Positions 1-12,620 are shown, counted from the stretch's first letter. The stretch: 64,000 nucleotides of DNA from Curvularia clavata (GCA_023920165.1 CP089280.1:1302001-1366000), one strand, 5' to 3'. Made by a program: numbers and translations. Notes: generated by a model not told the origin, from the letters alone.

Positions 1-400
1 GCCATGCCCAAGGAGAGCAAACACTTCAACTCGCGGCCTTGCTGCCCGTGGCTACCAATGCTGCACACATTGCTACTGCGACAAAAACGATTTTCGTCCT
101 CACATCCGCAGTTACTTGGCTCTAGCAATCTATATTTACGATATTCACATACACTGTCTTCTGTGCAAACACTCCAACACGGAACGAGCTTGGCGCACTA
201 CCAATGCAAAATACAAATTTGACCTGCCTCCGAGAGCCGAATGCAACGTACATACTACTAATTGAGGCCTGCGTGAAGACGGATCTTTCCTGGTGACCGT
301 GCAGAAAAATGATAATCACCGACGGCGTCTAGAGCGGTCAGGGCTGGAGCCAGCGAGACCTTCCTAGTTGCGCAAACTAGCAGTACGGTCCCGACAACGA

Positions 401-426
401 GCATGAGAGCATGAGAGCATGAGAGC
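401..426. repeat. Short tandem repeat, 8-bp unit (GCATGAGA) x3
   Basis: gcatgaga gcatgaga gcatgaga gc read directly. Confidence 0.9.
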
Positions 427-885
427 CATGTGTTCCGGCGGTTGGACATTCCGTTTGGACATGTTGGCCACTGCTCCATCTCTGCAAAGTACGAACCATG
501 GAAGCTTCCGGATGTGATGAGAGCGAACACGGCCTGTCAGATGTCTGCCCAGCACATAGATATGCTCCAGGGGAGGGGGAGGGCCATGGTCGACACTGGA
601 TCCAAGGGCACAACGGCCACCAAGGTCGACCCAGGCGGGTCTGCAGCAACGCTGACAAGCCTGAGTAGCGTTCGTACATACACAAGAGCAATCTAGCAGG
701 GTCCCACACAAAGGGAGTGTTTCGTGAAGAGTGCTTGCCCAGGACATGGCCAGATGCACAACAGTGTACCGGAAGATGGGCCTGTCTGGCTCACTCACGT
801 GCGTGCCGCCGGCTGATTGTATCACAATTTCCCGAAAGGCAATTTACCGTGGTCGCCTCACGACCGGCCGGGCTCTGGAATGGCA

Positions 886-910
886 ATGTACATACTATGT
901 ACATACTATG
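886..910. repeat. Tandem duplication, 11-bp unit (ATGTACATACT) x2
   Basis: atgtacatact atgtacatact atg read directly. Confidence 0.85.
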
Positions 911-2021
911 GACCTACGAGGAGGCACATGCTGGGGCTGTCCCTGAGGAGGAGCAGACGGCAGGATACGGTGGCTGCAGCCAATGAGAATGATGTGCGCT
1001 GGGCAACGGGCGCTGGACGCATTGCGTTACGGCGGCCGCGGCAAGACAAACAAGCTGACTCGACAAGCGAGAGGCATCCGCAATGAAACAGGCGGTGCGT
1101 GGAGTCCCGCACAAGTCGAGTCGAGCAGGCAGGCGGGTTGACGGGGGGCCAGGACCAGCAGACGAGGACGCGTCGTCGCCGTCGGACGGTCAAGGTCAGG
1201 GAGGGAGGGGATGGCTCCGGTGGTGCTGGCGGCGTGGGAGCGGCTAAGGGCCAAGCTGCAGGTCATGATGCCTAAGAGGGCAACGGGCGCTGGCGACGAC
1301 AGGATTGTGCGGTGAAAAGGCGGTGCTGGCCTTGCTGGCGGTGCTGGCGAGCGGGTGTGCATGTGCAGCAGACGTGGGATGCTGGCGCTAGGCCCAAACG
1401 GGCGACGACTGTGGCCGCCCGCCATGGCTGATCGCGCCTGCAGATTCGAGCTGCGAGGGCCTGAGCGCACTTGCCGATGACGCTAAGCTCCACAGCCAAT
1501 TACACGCTCCACACACCCGTGTGCCTTCCCTCTTAACCTGTTCCTCCCGCTCGCTCTCTTCCTCTCTCACCACTACCTCACCCAGCAACACCACAGCACT
1601 TACTGGTCTGGTCGTACCCAAGGAGCCCCGTCTAACGCTTTCGGCCAGCGCCTCCTGCGCTCGGTTCCCCCTCTGATATCCACTCGCCTCTCTCTCTCCG
1701 CTCTCGCCTCTCCTCGACTCCATCTCTCCTCGCTCCACTCTCCACTCTGCATCCTGTCGGCCCCGGTCTTCTCCACGGCGTTCACGGTCCTCGTCCAGCA
1801 TCCCATTGACCAAGATACCCTCTGGCGTTTGAATTAGCATCCTTGCTCCGTTTTTTGTTTTCTTCTTTCTCCTGCTGCACGCCCGGCCTCGCCCGTTGCG
1901 TGTTGCTTCTGTTTCCATTTTGTCCTCCATTACGAGCCCCTTGGCTCCCCCTTGCATCCCTCCACCATCCGGCTGCCCGTAGCCAGCTGCAACGACCGCA
2001 CTCGGCCGTAACCTGTCCGGT

Positions 2022-3581
2022 ATGCCTGTTATCGATGGCGAAAAATGGGCTTGCTCGTCCTGCATCAAGGGTCACCGAGTGAGCGGCTGTAACCACACGG
2101 GTATGTCGCAACGTCGCATGACGACACCAACGTCGGCCCCACCACAAGCATGCGCTGACGTTTCTTCCAGACCGTGATCTGCACCATATCAACCCCAAGG
2201 GTCGCCCCGTCAAGCAATGCGAACACTGTCGCGGCGCGCGCAAGTCCAAGTCCCACCATGCCAAATGCGACTGTGGCGACAAGAAGGACAAGGACTCGCA
2301 CAAAGACAAAGGCGAGGCGAAGAGTGAGCTCATAGCTGGCTTGGCCGTCGTCGAATTATTCTGACCTTTACTCTAGCTCACGATAATCGTTGCCAGTGCC
2401 ATTCTGGCGCCAAGTGCATATGCGGCACCAAGAAGGACGATCTTGACCTCAGGGTCGACACTTCGCGGCAGACGCTCCATGATGCCCGTGCGAAACCCAA
2501 ACTGACCGGCACCCACTCCGAAAGCCACCTGACGGTCTTCGCCAACGGCCACCACAAACCTTGCCATCGCAACAACAATACTGCCCATGTGTCTGGTATG
2601 CCGTACAAGATTCCACGTCCACACACCCTACACGGCCATTCTGCCTTCGCTGCTCTGTCGCAAGACAAGAATGTCCGCTCCAAGCCCGATGTGCAGACCA
2701 CACGCTCCATGGACACCTTGTCGCTATCCAACAACGAGTTCCACGCCATGTTCGGCTCGACACAGCGCTGTGCTGACAAGCCTCCCGTCCCCAGTGCAAG
2801 CACCAGCCTCGATGCATTCGCCTTCAATGACATGTTCAGTAACCAGGTTGGTATGTTTGGCCAGGGTGGTGACTCGCCCGAAAGCAACGTCAGCGACACA
2901 TTTTCCAACCAGCAGTGGCCCTGGATGACCAACACGGTAGCACCCGTCAGCAATGCATTTGGTGTCGGCAGCCTGTCGACTTCTCCTTCGCAGGATTGTC
3001 TTCCCAACCTGGACAAGGACTGGATGGCTTCGTCGGTCGACTTTGATCCGCTATGGTCTGCGACAGACCTCCCGCTTGACCCGAGCAAGTTCAATGACGA
3101 CTTGGCTCAGCCGATATCCCACAGCGGAGAGTCGAAGCACAGCGGTCCCGGGCTTACTGTCGCCTCTTCGGCCCATTCGGAGATTGGCGAGAGTGGCTTG
3201 TTTGGCGATGTGGACTTCAAAGCCCCTCAATCGGCAGCCAGCGAGTCACTGTTCTGGGAAGACACTCCTGCGTATCAGTTCAACACCACGGTCCCCAGTG
3301 AATCCGTCAATGTACCCGTGTCCATGGCAACAACCTCTGCCCCCATGACAAACATGCTTGGGTTCGATGCCATGTATGCCAAGAGCATGAGTGCTGCGCC
3401 TGCAATGATGACGAGCACGGCTTCGCCCGATTTTACCGAAGCGAGCGCAATGCCGATGCCTAGCCACTTTGAAGACGTTGTGCCCATGGATCCATGGCAA
3501 TTAGATCAAAGCAACGGTGCGTTTGGTGCGATGAACAACAATATTGACTTGTCTTGTTACGCCAACAACAGTTGGTTCTAG
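2022..3581 (+). CDS. Copper-fist DNA-binding transcription factor (Ace1/Cup2/AceA-like), ~478 aa
   Basis: Exons 2022-2100, 2171-2323, 2377-3581 (GT-AG introns with CTGAC branch sites, frame preserved). N-terminus MPVIDGEKWACSSCIKGHRVSGCNHTDRDLHHINPKGRPVKQCEHCRGARKSKSHHAKCDCG is the copper-fist motif (CxxCxxGHR...KGRP), followed by a CQCHSGAKCIC cluster and an acidic Ser/Pro-rich C-terminus. Confidence 0.92.
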
Positions 3582-4362
3582 ACGCCTGCGAGGGGAGCAG
3601 CAGGCAGTATCAGCCACTGTTCCCCTTTGATGACGCCATGACTGATGACGCTGCTGGTGCGCGATGATACCAAAAGGCATGGACAATGTCTGTTTCTGCC
3701 TTCTTTGGCCCTTGCGGCTATTCTTTGGACCCTTGGGTCGCCTGTGTATAGTTTATGACTTGGCGCGAACCATTGTCGTTTGACTAGTGTTCGACGCCGT
3801 TGATAGATAACCCCCAGGCATTGCCTTTTGGTCGGATGTGGTAGTGGACAAGCAAGCATTTGCATATACGCTGGGGCGGTGGGTATTTTTTTCCTTCTAT
3901 CCCTGATTTAGGTTGGGTTGATTTCATCTTGCAAAAGTATATAGACTCTGGCCCTTCGACAAGGCACCGTTGGGCCCTTGAAGAAATAGAGCACAGTTCA
4001 ACAAGAGTTTCTACTATGCTTGTCACACAACGAGGCTTGAGCCCGAGTTTGGTTCACGGCATACGCACGAGTGCATGACGTCCTTTGCGCTGCAGGGCGC
4101 ATGCCGCACGACCGCGAAGTTCGCCGGTTGGCTCTCGACCAATACGTGCCCTGCATGCCACACGCGGGACAGATGCAAGTGCACGCAGAGATTTCTGCTG
4201 ACTTGTGTGGACAGATCGGTCAGGTTGGCAGCGCGCTAGGCAGGGCGCGCCGTGGGTGCAGAGTTGCAGGTGATGCTTGATCACAGCGACCCATTGAACA
4301 GATTGACAAATTACTATCTATTAACACAGCGATCTATGCAGCTCAGGAGGCAGGAGGAGGAG

Positions 4363-4386
4363 CAGCAGCAGCAGCAGCAGCAGCAA
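4363..4386. repeat. (CAG)7-CAA microsatellite, preceded by GAG repeats
   Basis: Read directly; not inside a supported gene. Confidence 0.9.
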
Positions 4387-5444
4387 CACCATGTGCCACA
4401 GTCTGGAGCTCACTTTAGGCTACCCAGGCTAATCCTTCTGTTGAGAAAAGGAGGGGGAGTGACAGTCTGGCCAGAAAAGTAGCTGCTTACGGTTACAGTA
4501 CTCCGCTGAGCGCGGCTGGCTGAGATACCGAAGGTGAGGTTACACACAGAGAGCGGCACAACCACGGCCACCATCAGCACAGCCTTCAGCCCACAAGCCC
4601 ACACACCCCACGACTGGCCTAACAGGCTCACTTGCCGTCCGACGCACGCTGCAGGAAGAGCACAAGCACAGAGTACTGTTGCACATGGCTCTCCCCGCTC
4701 TCCCAACTGCAGACAATGTTTCATCGGCTTCAAAGAGCCGAGGGGGTTGAGAGGCAGGCCGTATTATCGTGAATAGAGACCAGCTTACTCTCAATAACCA
4801 GCACGGCCTGTTCCCCAGCAGTACGGCCTCCCAAAAAGGCACACGGAGAAGCAGGAAAGGCAACCCGACCGCAAGGCCAAGTCAAGAAAGCATAGTCGAC
4901 TTTCAATTGCGGGCAATAGTTCGCCATGAACCGATCACAAGCGAACCGCCTTGGAATAAGTTCCCAAGCGTTCCAATGGCGAAAATCACTCATGCGAAAT
5001 CCTACGTACCAAGACACCGTAGCCGCGGCGGACACGCCCGCTCAGCGCACTGTCTATTGTGTGGGGTTCCATGCGAAACAGTGCGCATGGGAAAACGGCT
5101 TGCATACTTGGCTCTCTTTAAACAATCCGCGGGGCGTTGCGGAGGGGGAAGGGGAAAGGAAAGGGATGGGGATGGAATGGGGGCGCGATGAGCTGCCATT
5201 ACCTACAGGCTTGTATCCCAGGCGGCGCTAAATGTCGTTGGCAACAGGGACCGCACCAAGAGACGAGACGACTCTACCGTCAACCCCCACTCTTCTTCGC
5301 TATTCTGTGTGTGGTTGTATACACCGACATTGTTCCGTTGCAAAACACAATGTTTCAAACCCCAGGGCAAAGAAAGGAACACATCCATCTACCGTAGAAA
5401 GATACTGGCAACATGTCTCCACATCCTCGCCCCTCTTTCCCTCC

Positions 5445-5462
5445 CTCTCTCTCTCTCTCTCT
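5445..5462. repeat. (CT)9 microsatellite / CT-rich promoter-like tract
   Basis: Read directly, within a pyrimidine-rich block at ~5420-5600. Confidence 0.85.
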
Positions 5463-8070
5463 ACCCCTTTAGTCTCGTCACGTTACTCTTTTCCCGCCGG
5501 AATCTCATGACCGGACTCTACTCCTAGACACACGCACACTGAACTACTTTCCCTCGTTTTCCTCCGAGTGCACTTTAGCTTCCTTTACATCTCCACCCAC
5601 CACAGACACAGACGCAACATGCACGCCTGTCATCGATCGTCACCGCCGCATGGCCTGTGCTCTGCCTACTAGTCGTTGGACAGACCCTGTTCGGCACATC
5701 TCTCTTTCGCGAAAAAAATGGGTTAAAGGACTAGTGCGAGGGTCGATCACGAGTCCCTGATTTCTCGACTTTAGCGCCTCGCTCGCTCAACGCGCAACAC
5801 AACCAAGTGAGGCAAAATGATGTCAGGCTGCTGCATGGGTTTGACACCAGTTTTTCTTTCCCTTCTTTGCTATTTCGCAAGTACACCTACTAGTAGTTTC
5901 TACGAATGAACTTGGACTTGAGACCGGGGGAGCGGTGGGGGGGTTTCTGCTCGGAATGCGCGGCTGACTGGATTCGTATTCGTCATAGTTTATGGATGAT
6001 GGTCTTCGTGTTCGGTTTTTTGTAACTGGTCTGCTTTGGTTGGTTGTTTCTTTTTGCCGGTACCGCCTTTCGGCCTTCCTCTGGCCTTGATTTTCTTTGC
6101 TCACGGCTGGGGCTGGAAACTCCGGCTGTGGCTTGAAGCTTGGTACACGGCACGGCCACCTCAGCTTTTCTTAAAGGTTTGTGCTTGACGTCGGGGTGGC
6201 TAGTGCAGATGTGTATGCATGTGCATACTAGGCCTGGCTGTTCAAACAGCCGGACAGTATCCCGAAGCCTCGATTCAACTTCGCCGACTCGCAGTGCTTT
6301 CCCATTTGTCCCAACAGACGAGGCATGGGCTGGATGTTTGATCATTCCACCTCTCTCTCCCTCTCTCTACTAACAAGGGGATTTTATGCTTTTTATACTC
6401 CCACATCAGGCCAGGTACACGTTCCAGTCAGGTATACGTATGTTGCTTACCAGCACTTTGGTAACGTCACCCCCACGTCACCGCAGTGCAGCACCTTTTC
6501 CCTGCGCCGGGTAACCATGGACTCGCAATTTTTGCTGTTGTTGGCCAGCTTTCTACGTAGCTTTCTTACTTGAGCACCTGGGGTGTGACAGAGGCGCATC
6601 GTCGGTGAGCGTGTACGCGCGTGCCAGTAGTCTGGTCCGTGCTCGCCGGCTCCGAATACGTAAGCATTAATACGAACAATTTGATGGAACGGTGTCTCCG
6701 ATGGCAAGGCGCATGAGGTGACCTGTGATGGCGAAGTGCTTAGATAGCAGACAAAGGGGCATAGGTAAGCATGAGACTAGTGATGACGATGTGGTGGGTA
6801 GGCATATGTTGCCCACTGCTTCGAACCACAGTTTGCATTGCGCCGTGGCTGCTGCTATTTTGGCGAGATAGTAGCCAGATGTTTTGCGGGGGAGAATTGA
6901 CCAAGGACGTATACGTGCGCATTGTGCGAAGCGATGGCGGTTGTCGTTGCGATATCGACGACGAAGTCTGGTGTGACCGCAACAATACCAACTCAACATT
7001 TACTCGATCGAGGGAAATTCAGTCCTCCCCTTAGACGATCGAGATATTTGCATATACATAGAGTCCACCCAAAAATGGTACTTCTAAAAAAAAACAATCT
7101 CTTATCACATCTTCACATTCCCTGCTTGCACCGAGTACGAGAACCAAGGGCCCTGAAAATGAGCATCCCAGACTGATCTCCGTAGACAATACCCTTAGAA
7201 ACTTGTTCACGCCATTCTTACAGGGTTCTATTGAGGATAATAAGCACTTGGAAGAATGGTTGAGCACATGTGAACCACTCCCTGTGTTGCTTTTCACGTA
7301 TGAGGGCACGTTCCAGAAAGTTATTCATTCACTCGCTGCGTCATTGTGTCCATATCTACGTATTTATGCCCATGTGAGTTCGTGTCTATGTATGTACCTT
7401 GTCCTTCTCACCCCTACCTCTCTTTGTGTCTCTGTGGATCTGTGCTCGCTGTCTATGCTCGACACGAAAACGATGACAGAGCAAGGATGGTCTGAGGTAG
7501 TTTGGCCGATGTGTGGAGATATGAGAGATTGAAGAATAGAGAAGGTGAGGCGGGCGTGGACAGGGGGCTAAATGATTACATGCATCAGCGGGAGAGGTCA
7601 TGGATGTGTATAAAGGAGCCTGCAGACGTACATGGTGTATCCAGTGTAGGGATTACAAGTAGTATGTTTATCTTGGTGCTTTGCTGATATCTGAAACACG
7701 ACTTTATGGCAGTGATATGTTGGTCGGTTGCCATATTTTTCTCTTGCTTTTTTAGGGGAATTTGGGATGGGTTGGGTTAGGAATGAAGGGCACCAAAAGA
7801 AGAAATGTTGCGTTTGTGTAATTCATTGAATTATACCGTACATGTTTCTTGTAATAGAAGGAAGGAATGACAAAGGACATGGCTCAGACAAGCATATTTC
7901 GTACGCTGCAGAAACATCATATGATTCCCAAGCAAAAGAAAACTCGTCAAGTATCCGTACATTACAGAATCAAAACATTTACATCTTCTCACTATATCAG
8001 ACCCCATATCAACAATCCTCCTTATATTCCAAACTCTCTATATATCGTACACTTCATACCCTACACAGCT

Positions 8071-9304
8071 TCATCTCAACGCCTCCTCTCCAAACGTATC
8101 CTGATACTCATACGTCGTTCCCCAATTAATCGGCTGGTACCCGCTGAACAAACTATCACCTAGTTGATATCCAGGTTTATTAAAGTACGAGGACATGAGG
8201 CCCATTACGACGGGCGGCGCTTCGTAGTCTGCTTCTTCGTAATAGGCGTCTTGGGGTACGGCTTCGTAGTTCGAATATGGTCGGTACGACTGCGTGTCGA
8301 TTCTTAGGCTACTTCGTGGTGGTGAGGGCGGAGGCGACGTTTGTGTCGAGGCGTTTGTGTATGTGGATTTGGTTGGCGGAGGTTGTGAGGGTATGGGTGA
8401 GCTATGGCAGCCGCATGTACATGTCAAAGGATTGACTATGCTGTTTTGTTGCGATTGGCTGCCAAGCTGGTCTGGTCTTGAAATTGCAGCTGATGGGTTC
8501 TGCGCTTGTGACGATATCGTTGTGGTTCCCATCGGAGGTTCTGCTCGTACAAATTCTCGTTTCTGTTTAGGACTCCGCTCAGAACTCTCATCCACTGAAG
8601 TTGGCGGTGATTGCTCTTGCCCAGCATCTATTGCCCTCGAACCCAGATCACTCCACTGCGAAAGGTAGGATGGACGTGTTGACTGGCTGGCATGTCCTTC
8701 CAGGATAGTATCCCCCGGTAGTGATATCTCAGAGTTCGTCCTCGAATTTGTGTAGCTTAGACTGGGTGGCCTGCTCGCTCGCTGCGAACTTATCGAACTC
8801 GATCTCTTACTCCTATTCGACTCGCTCATCACACTATCCGACCGCACGCTGGTTTCCGATAAAGGCCTCAAGAACGAGACTGTTCTTGACCGCCTCATTG
8901 CCTGCTTTTCAAACTTTTCTTCGTCATCTGGTGGTGCTGGTTTCTTGATCTCCGGCTCTTTGTACTCTAGCTTTCCATCCTTGTCCGATGCAAAGTACTC
9001 TTCACCGCGACCAAAAACAACCTGGAGAGAAGCAAAATCGCGTGTGGTGCCATCACTAGGGTACAACCAGTCTTTCAAGGCGGGCGGAAGGCCATAGTCG
9101 TCTTAACCGTGTCAATACAGTATGCTCGTTAGCTAGTTATATGTACTCACCTTGTCTGTACTCTCCGCTCTTGGTTTTCCAACAAAGATAATATCTCTCG
9201 AATGCCCCAAACGCGCAAACGACAAGATCATCCAGGCTCTCCGGATCGTTGGGGTCTTCGGGAATCTCTCCTAGGCGTTTATACAGTCGTGTCGACGCGT
9301 CCAT
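8071..9304 (-). CDS. Uncharacterised fungal protein, ~394 aa (folded N-terminal domain, Ser/Pro-rich disordered C-terminus)
   Basis: Exons 9304-9151 and 9101-8071; intron GTGAGT...GCTAAC...AAG keeps the frame. Starts MDASTRLYKRLGEIPEDPNDPESLDDLVVCAFGAFERYYLCWKTKSGEYRQDDYGLPPALKDWLYP and joins the 335-aa ORF. Confidence 0.8.
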
Positions 9305-10206
9305 GCTTTATCATGCGTGTAACCAAACAACAATGGGTAGAAACCGCGCTTTGTAACCCAGCGTGAACCACAAATTTTCAAAAGGCAGAAAAATCGAATA
9401 ACTTTCCGGATAATCCAAAATGATTCTCAAGTTGCTCAAGGTCCAGAAGGCACAGGGTCCCGCCTGTATGTGCAGAGAATATCCACTCTAACGGTCTAGC
9501 CCTAGTTGAATCGCCATAGTTATCATCTTTTTAGGTACCATTCCATCATCTTCTCATCAGACCACAATTGCAACATAGCCTCCTTTTGCTCGCATGATAT
9601 TTCCGCTATCCGCGACATCTGGCTAAAACATGCCAGAAAATCTGAAGCATCGGCAGTAGTACCCCATACCAGTTTCACATCCGTCCGTTAGTGGGGCGAG
9701 TAATGGGCGGTCAGACGGCAGGATCCATGGACATTGTAAGTGGAACTACCGAATTGAGGTTTGGTGTGTACTCCAGTATGGGGAAGATTAGTTTTCTAAG
9801 AAATTGTGGAGGAGGGAAGATGGGGGGATATTTGGGGTTGGATGAGAAAAAAAAGACGCACATATGAAAATCGCGCATTGCGTATGCAGTGCACATACCA
9901 GTTCCTGGCATGCTGACTACTCCGAGGGATAAAAAGGGTATGACGTCTGTATTGTCGGAAAAGGTTTAGAATTACACAAGCATCTGTTGTAGTCAGAATG
10001 GTGATGGGAAATGGTGTATGGTGATGCGAATACGCAAGCCCTTTGCAACCATCAAACCTGCATGTTCACATAGGTTGACGGCAAGTTCCTCACGTAGCAA
10101 GATCAAATTTTTCGGTACTCTTGAGGGCTTTTTGTAAAAATATCGAACCATTTGTAAATATTCTGGAGTCCTGAATTTTCCGGCGAATTTCTACAACGCC
10201 TCTTCT

Positions 10207-12147
10207 TCACCTCTTTCTCTCATCATTGTCCCTCGCACCCGCGCCAGCACTTGTATTACCTTCCTGACTAACCAATTGATCAATCTCCCTGAAAAGCGCA
10301 GATGTAGTCTTCCTCCCAACTGTACCAGCTCTTAACCGATTCTGAGCTGGACTCGACCGCCCTCCTGGACTAGACGCATTCCGATCCCTGCCTGTGTACC
10401 CTCCGCCCATCCGATTACTCATTCCCTGGTTACCCTTACCGCTTGTCATTGTTCGGGCGAGCGACGGACGACTTGCCCCGGCCCCAGATGGCGCTGGCCT
10501 TGGCGATGAGCGCGCAAGGGAGGGTATCTCAGACGATGAACGCTCTCTTTGCTGCCGGTTTGAAGCAGGCCTTTGGCCAGCTGTTTGAGTCGTCATTCTT
10601 TGAGCCGAGCTCCGCTGGCCTGGAGCTGCTCTAGATCCCGAAGCTCGTTGTGATTGAGTTCGCTGTGAAGTTGTCCTCCCAGGCCCAGACACCGCAGGGT
10701 CTTCCTGTATAGAGGGTGCTCGCTGGCGCGGAGGCGTTATCGGCTGTTGAATGGAGGGGTCCGATATAGTCTCTGTTCCTACTGGTGTTGTAGCGCGTGC
10801 AGCCAATGCTCTTGCTTGCTTCGCTTTGGATACTGCCAGAGCCAAGGGTGCTGGGGTGGCAGATGATTGAGAGAGCGTAACCGTGGCTTTTTGCTGGCCC
10901 AATTTCTCATCATCGTTTGAATATACCGAAGACGTATTACTGTTAGCACGCGACCCCCGTTTACCAGGCCTTTTCTGAACATCGTCTGCAGGCTTCTGTG
11001 CCGCTGCTAAAGCCTCGAACTTCTGTGCTTGTGCTAATGTCCGTGATCCGCTGTTCCTATCCAACTTAGGAGTAGTACGCTTCTCGTTTGTATGTGAGGG
11101 CTGCTGTTGTTCCACTGGCGGAGTTTTTGCTCTGGTATTCGTTGTTCGCGTTCCAGTGTCTTGCGTTGATAACGCTTGTGTTGACTGAGCATTAGAAGGG
11201 TCTGGAATTTGGACATTGTTAGAATCCAGCACGTTGGCAGCTCGTCTCTCGTTTTCTATATCTGCCACCTTTGGCTCTTCTCTTGCTGCCGGAGTATACG
11301 CTGGTGGTGGTGAAGTTGTTCTGAACACCATAGACTCTACAATCGGCGGTGGGTTCTCGAAAATCGATTTTGGTATCCTCATCGGCCTGTCTTTATAGGT
11401 TTCCCGAGTACCAGTCTCGGGCTCTTTCTCATCTACCACACCAGGTTTTGAAACCAACGCTTCCGCAGCGAGTGGTTGATCGGTCGGTGCCTCCTCTTTC
11501 GTGTCAACAGCTCTTTTCGTCGTTTGGTCTTGCTGGCGCGCTTCTGTCTCTTTCTGAAATCTCTTCTCTTTTCTACTAAGCTCAATCTCTAGAACCCTTG
11601 TGCCTGGATCCAGTCTCGATTTAAGTCCATCGTCGTCGAGATCAAAGTACAGCCCCCAAAGCCCAGGCGCACGCTCTACTGCGCACCATCCCTCCCAGCC
11701 ATCGAAAGTGAGCCGGCGATCTTGTCGTGTACAATCAAATGGCCCAGTGAGATTGGGTTGTGCATCCGCACGTACGCCATACTTGACTTCACAAGTCTCT
11801 TTGTCAACATAGACCCAGTTCATAATCGGAGCAACATCTGTAATGGTCGTAACAAGGCCCTCGTACTTTGTATCGGGGTAAGGTAAATAGTAACCAGCAT
11901 AGGGGTGGCCGAGAGGACTTCCATCATCGGTTCCAGTATCAATCCATAGCCTTCCGTTTCTCAGGACGACCTGTCGCCCATTGATTTCCCGGCTGCGGTT
12001 GGATGACTTGACGCATGTTGCGATGAGATTGCAACGACGCGCGCGATGCTCTTCTCTCTTTTCCTTGGATTGCGACTGACGTATTGCTTCCTGTGATCCA
12101 AGCAGGCCTGGGGCTGTAATCGCTGCTATGAGGATGGAGAGGACCAT
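10207..12147 (-). CDS. Uncharacterised fungal protein, 646 aa (hydrophobic N-terminus, ~200-aa aromatic beta-rich domain, long low-complexity tail)
   Basis: Single long ORF with ATG in good context. N-terminal region MVLSILIAAITAPGLLG...GYYLPYPD...GLVTTITDVAPIMNWVYVDK...LTFDGWEGW...WGLYFDLDDDGL looks like a conserved globular domain. Confidence 0.85.
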   Translation of the reverse strand: MVLSILIAAITAPGLLGSQEAIRQSQSKEKREEHRARRCNLIATCVKSSNRSREINGRQVVLRNGRLWIDTGTDDGSPLGHPYAGYYLPYPDTKYEGLVTTITDVAPIMNWVYVDKETCEVKYGVRADAQPNLTGPFDCTRQDRRLTFDGWEGWCAVERAPGLWGLYFDLDDDGLKSRLDPGTRVLEIELSRKEKRFQKETEARQQDQTTKRAVDTKEEAPTDQPLAAEALVSKPGVVDEKEPETGTRETYKDRPMRIPKSIFENPPPIVESMVFRTTSPPPAYTPAAREEPKVADIENERRAANVLDSNNVQIPDPSNAQSTQALSTQDTGTRTTNTRAKTPPVEQQQPSHTNEKRTTPKLDRNSGSRTLAQAQKFEALAAAQKPADDVQKRPGKRGSRANSNTSSVYSNDDEKLGQQKATVTLSQSSATPAPLALAVSKAKQARALAARATTPVGTETISDPSIQQPITPPRQRAPSIQEDPAVSGPGRTTSQRTQSQRASGSRAAPGQRSSAQRMTTQTAGQRPASNRQQRERSSSEIPSLARSSPRPAPSGAGASRPSLARTMTSGKGNQGMSNRMGGGYTGRDRNASSPGGRSSPAQNRLRAGTVGRKTTSALFREIDQLVSQEGNTSAGAGARDNDERKR

Positions 12148-12612
12148 CTAGGGCAGGGTGCGGCAAATTGATGTGTTTGGGTGGAGTAGAGCATGGGGCC
12201 TGCCATGTTCACCATCCCAAATGAACTGCGACCAACATGGTCTACGCATGTTATTCCTGTTACCCAGCATCCGTTGCCTTATGTTTGCCATGGCCTGATG
12301 CTCGTCTGATAAGGAATAACAATTACCAGTCTGAGACACGTCCCTTCAGCCCCGACAACCCCTGTATGTTTCAGCTTCACTTACGCGATAACCAACAGCA
12401 TGATATCCTCCACAATATCCATGCATCTGTTGTAGATCTGCGTGTCTGGATGCAGAGACCCATTTCTCGACTTATGCTAGTACGATACTCGACCCATGAT
12501 AGAGAATCTCAAACATGGAGAATGCCGCAGCAGCGGTTTCGAAGACTCGGCCTGAAATGGTGTGCTCGTAGAGGAGGGCAAATTGTGCTGGAGATACATC
12601 AGTGCATGTCCG

Positions 12613-12620
12613 TATATAAA
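12613..12620 (+). promoter_or_regulatory. TATA box candidate for the small gene at 12773
   Basis: TATATAAA about 155 bp upstream of the ATG. Confidence 0.5.

Noticed and set aside
1388..2068. 226-aa minus-strand Arg/Glu/Gly-rich ORF
   Set aside because: Reverse translation of the CT-rich leader of the copper-fist gene.
4252..4482. Short poly-Q ORF
   Set aside because: Explained by the CAG microsatellite; no supporting gene structure.
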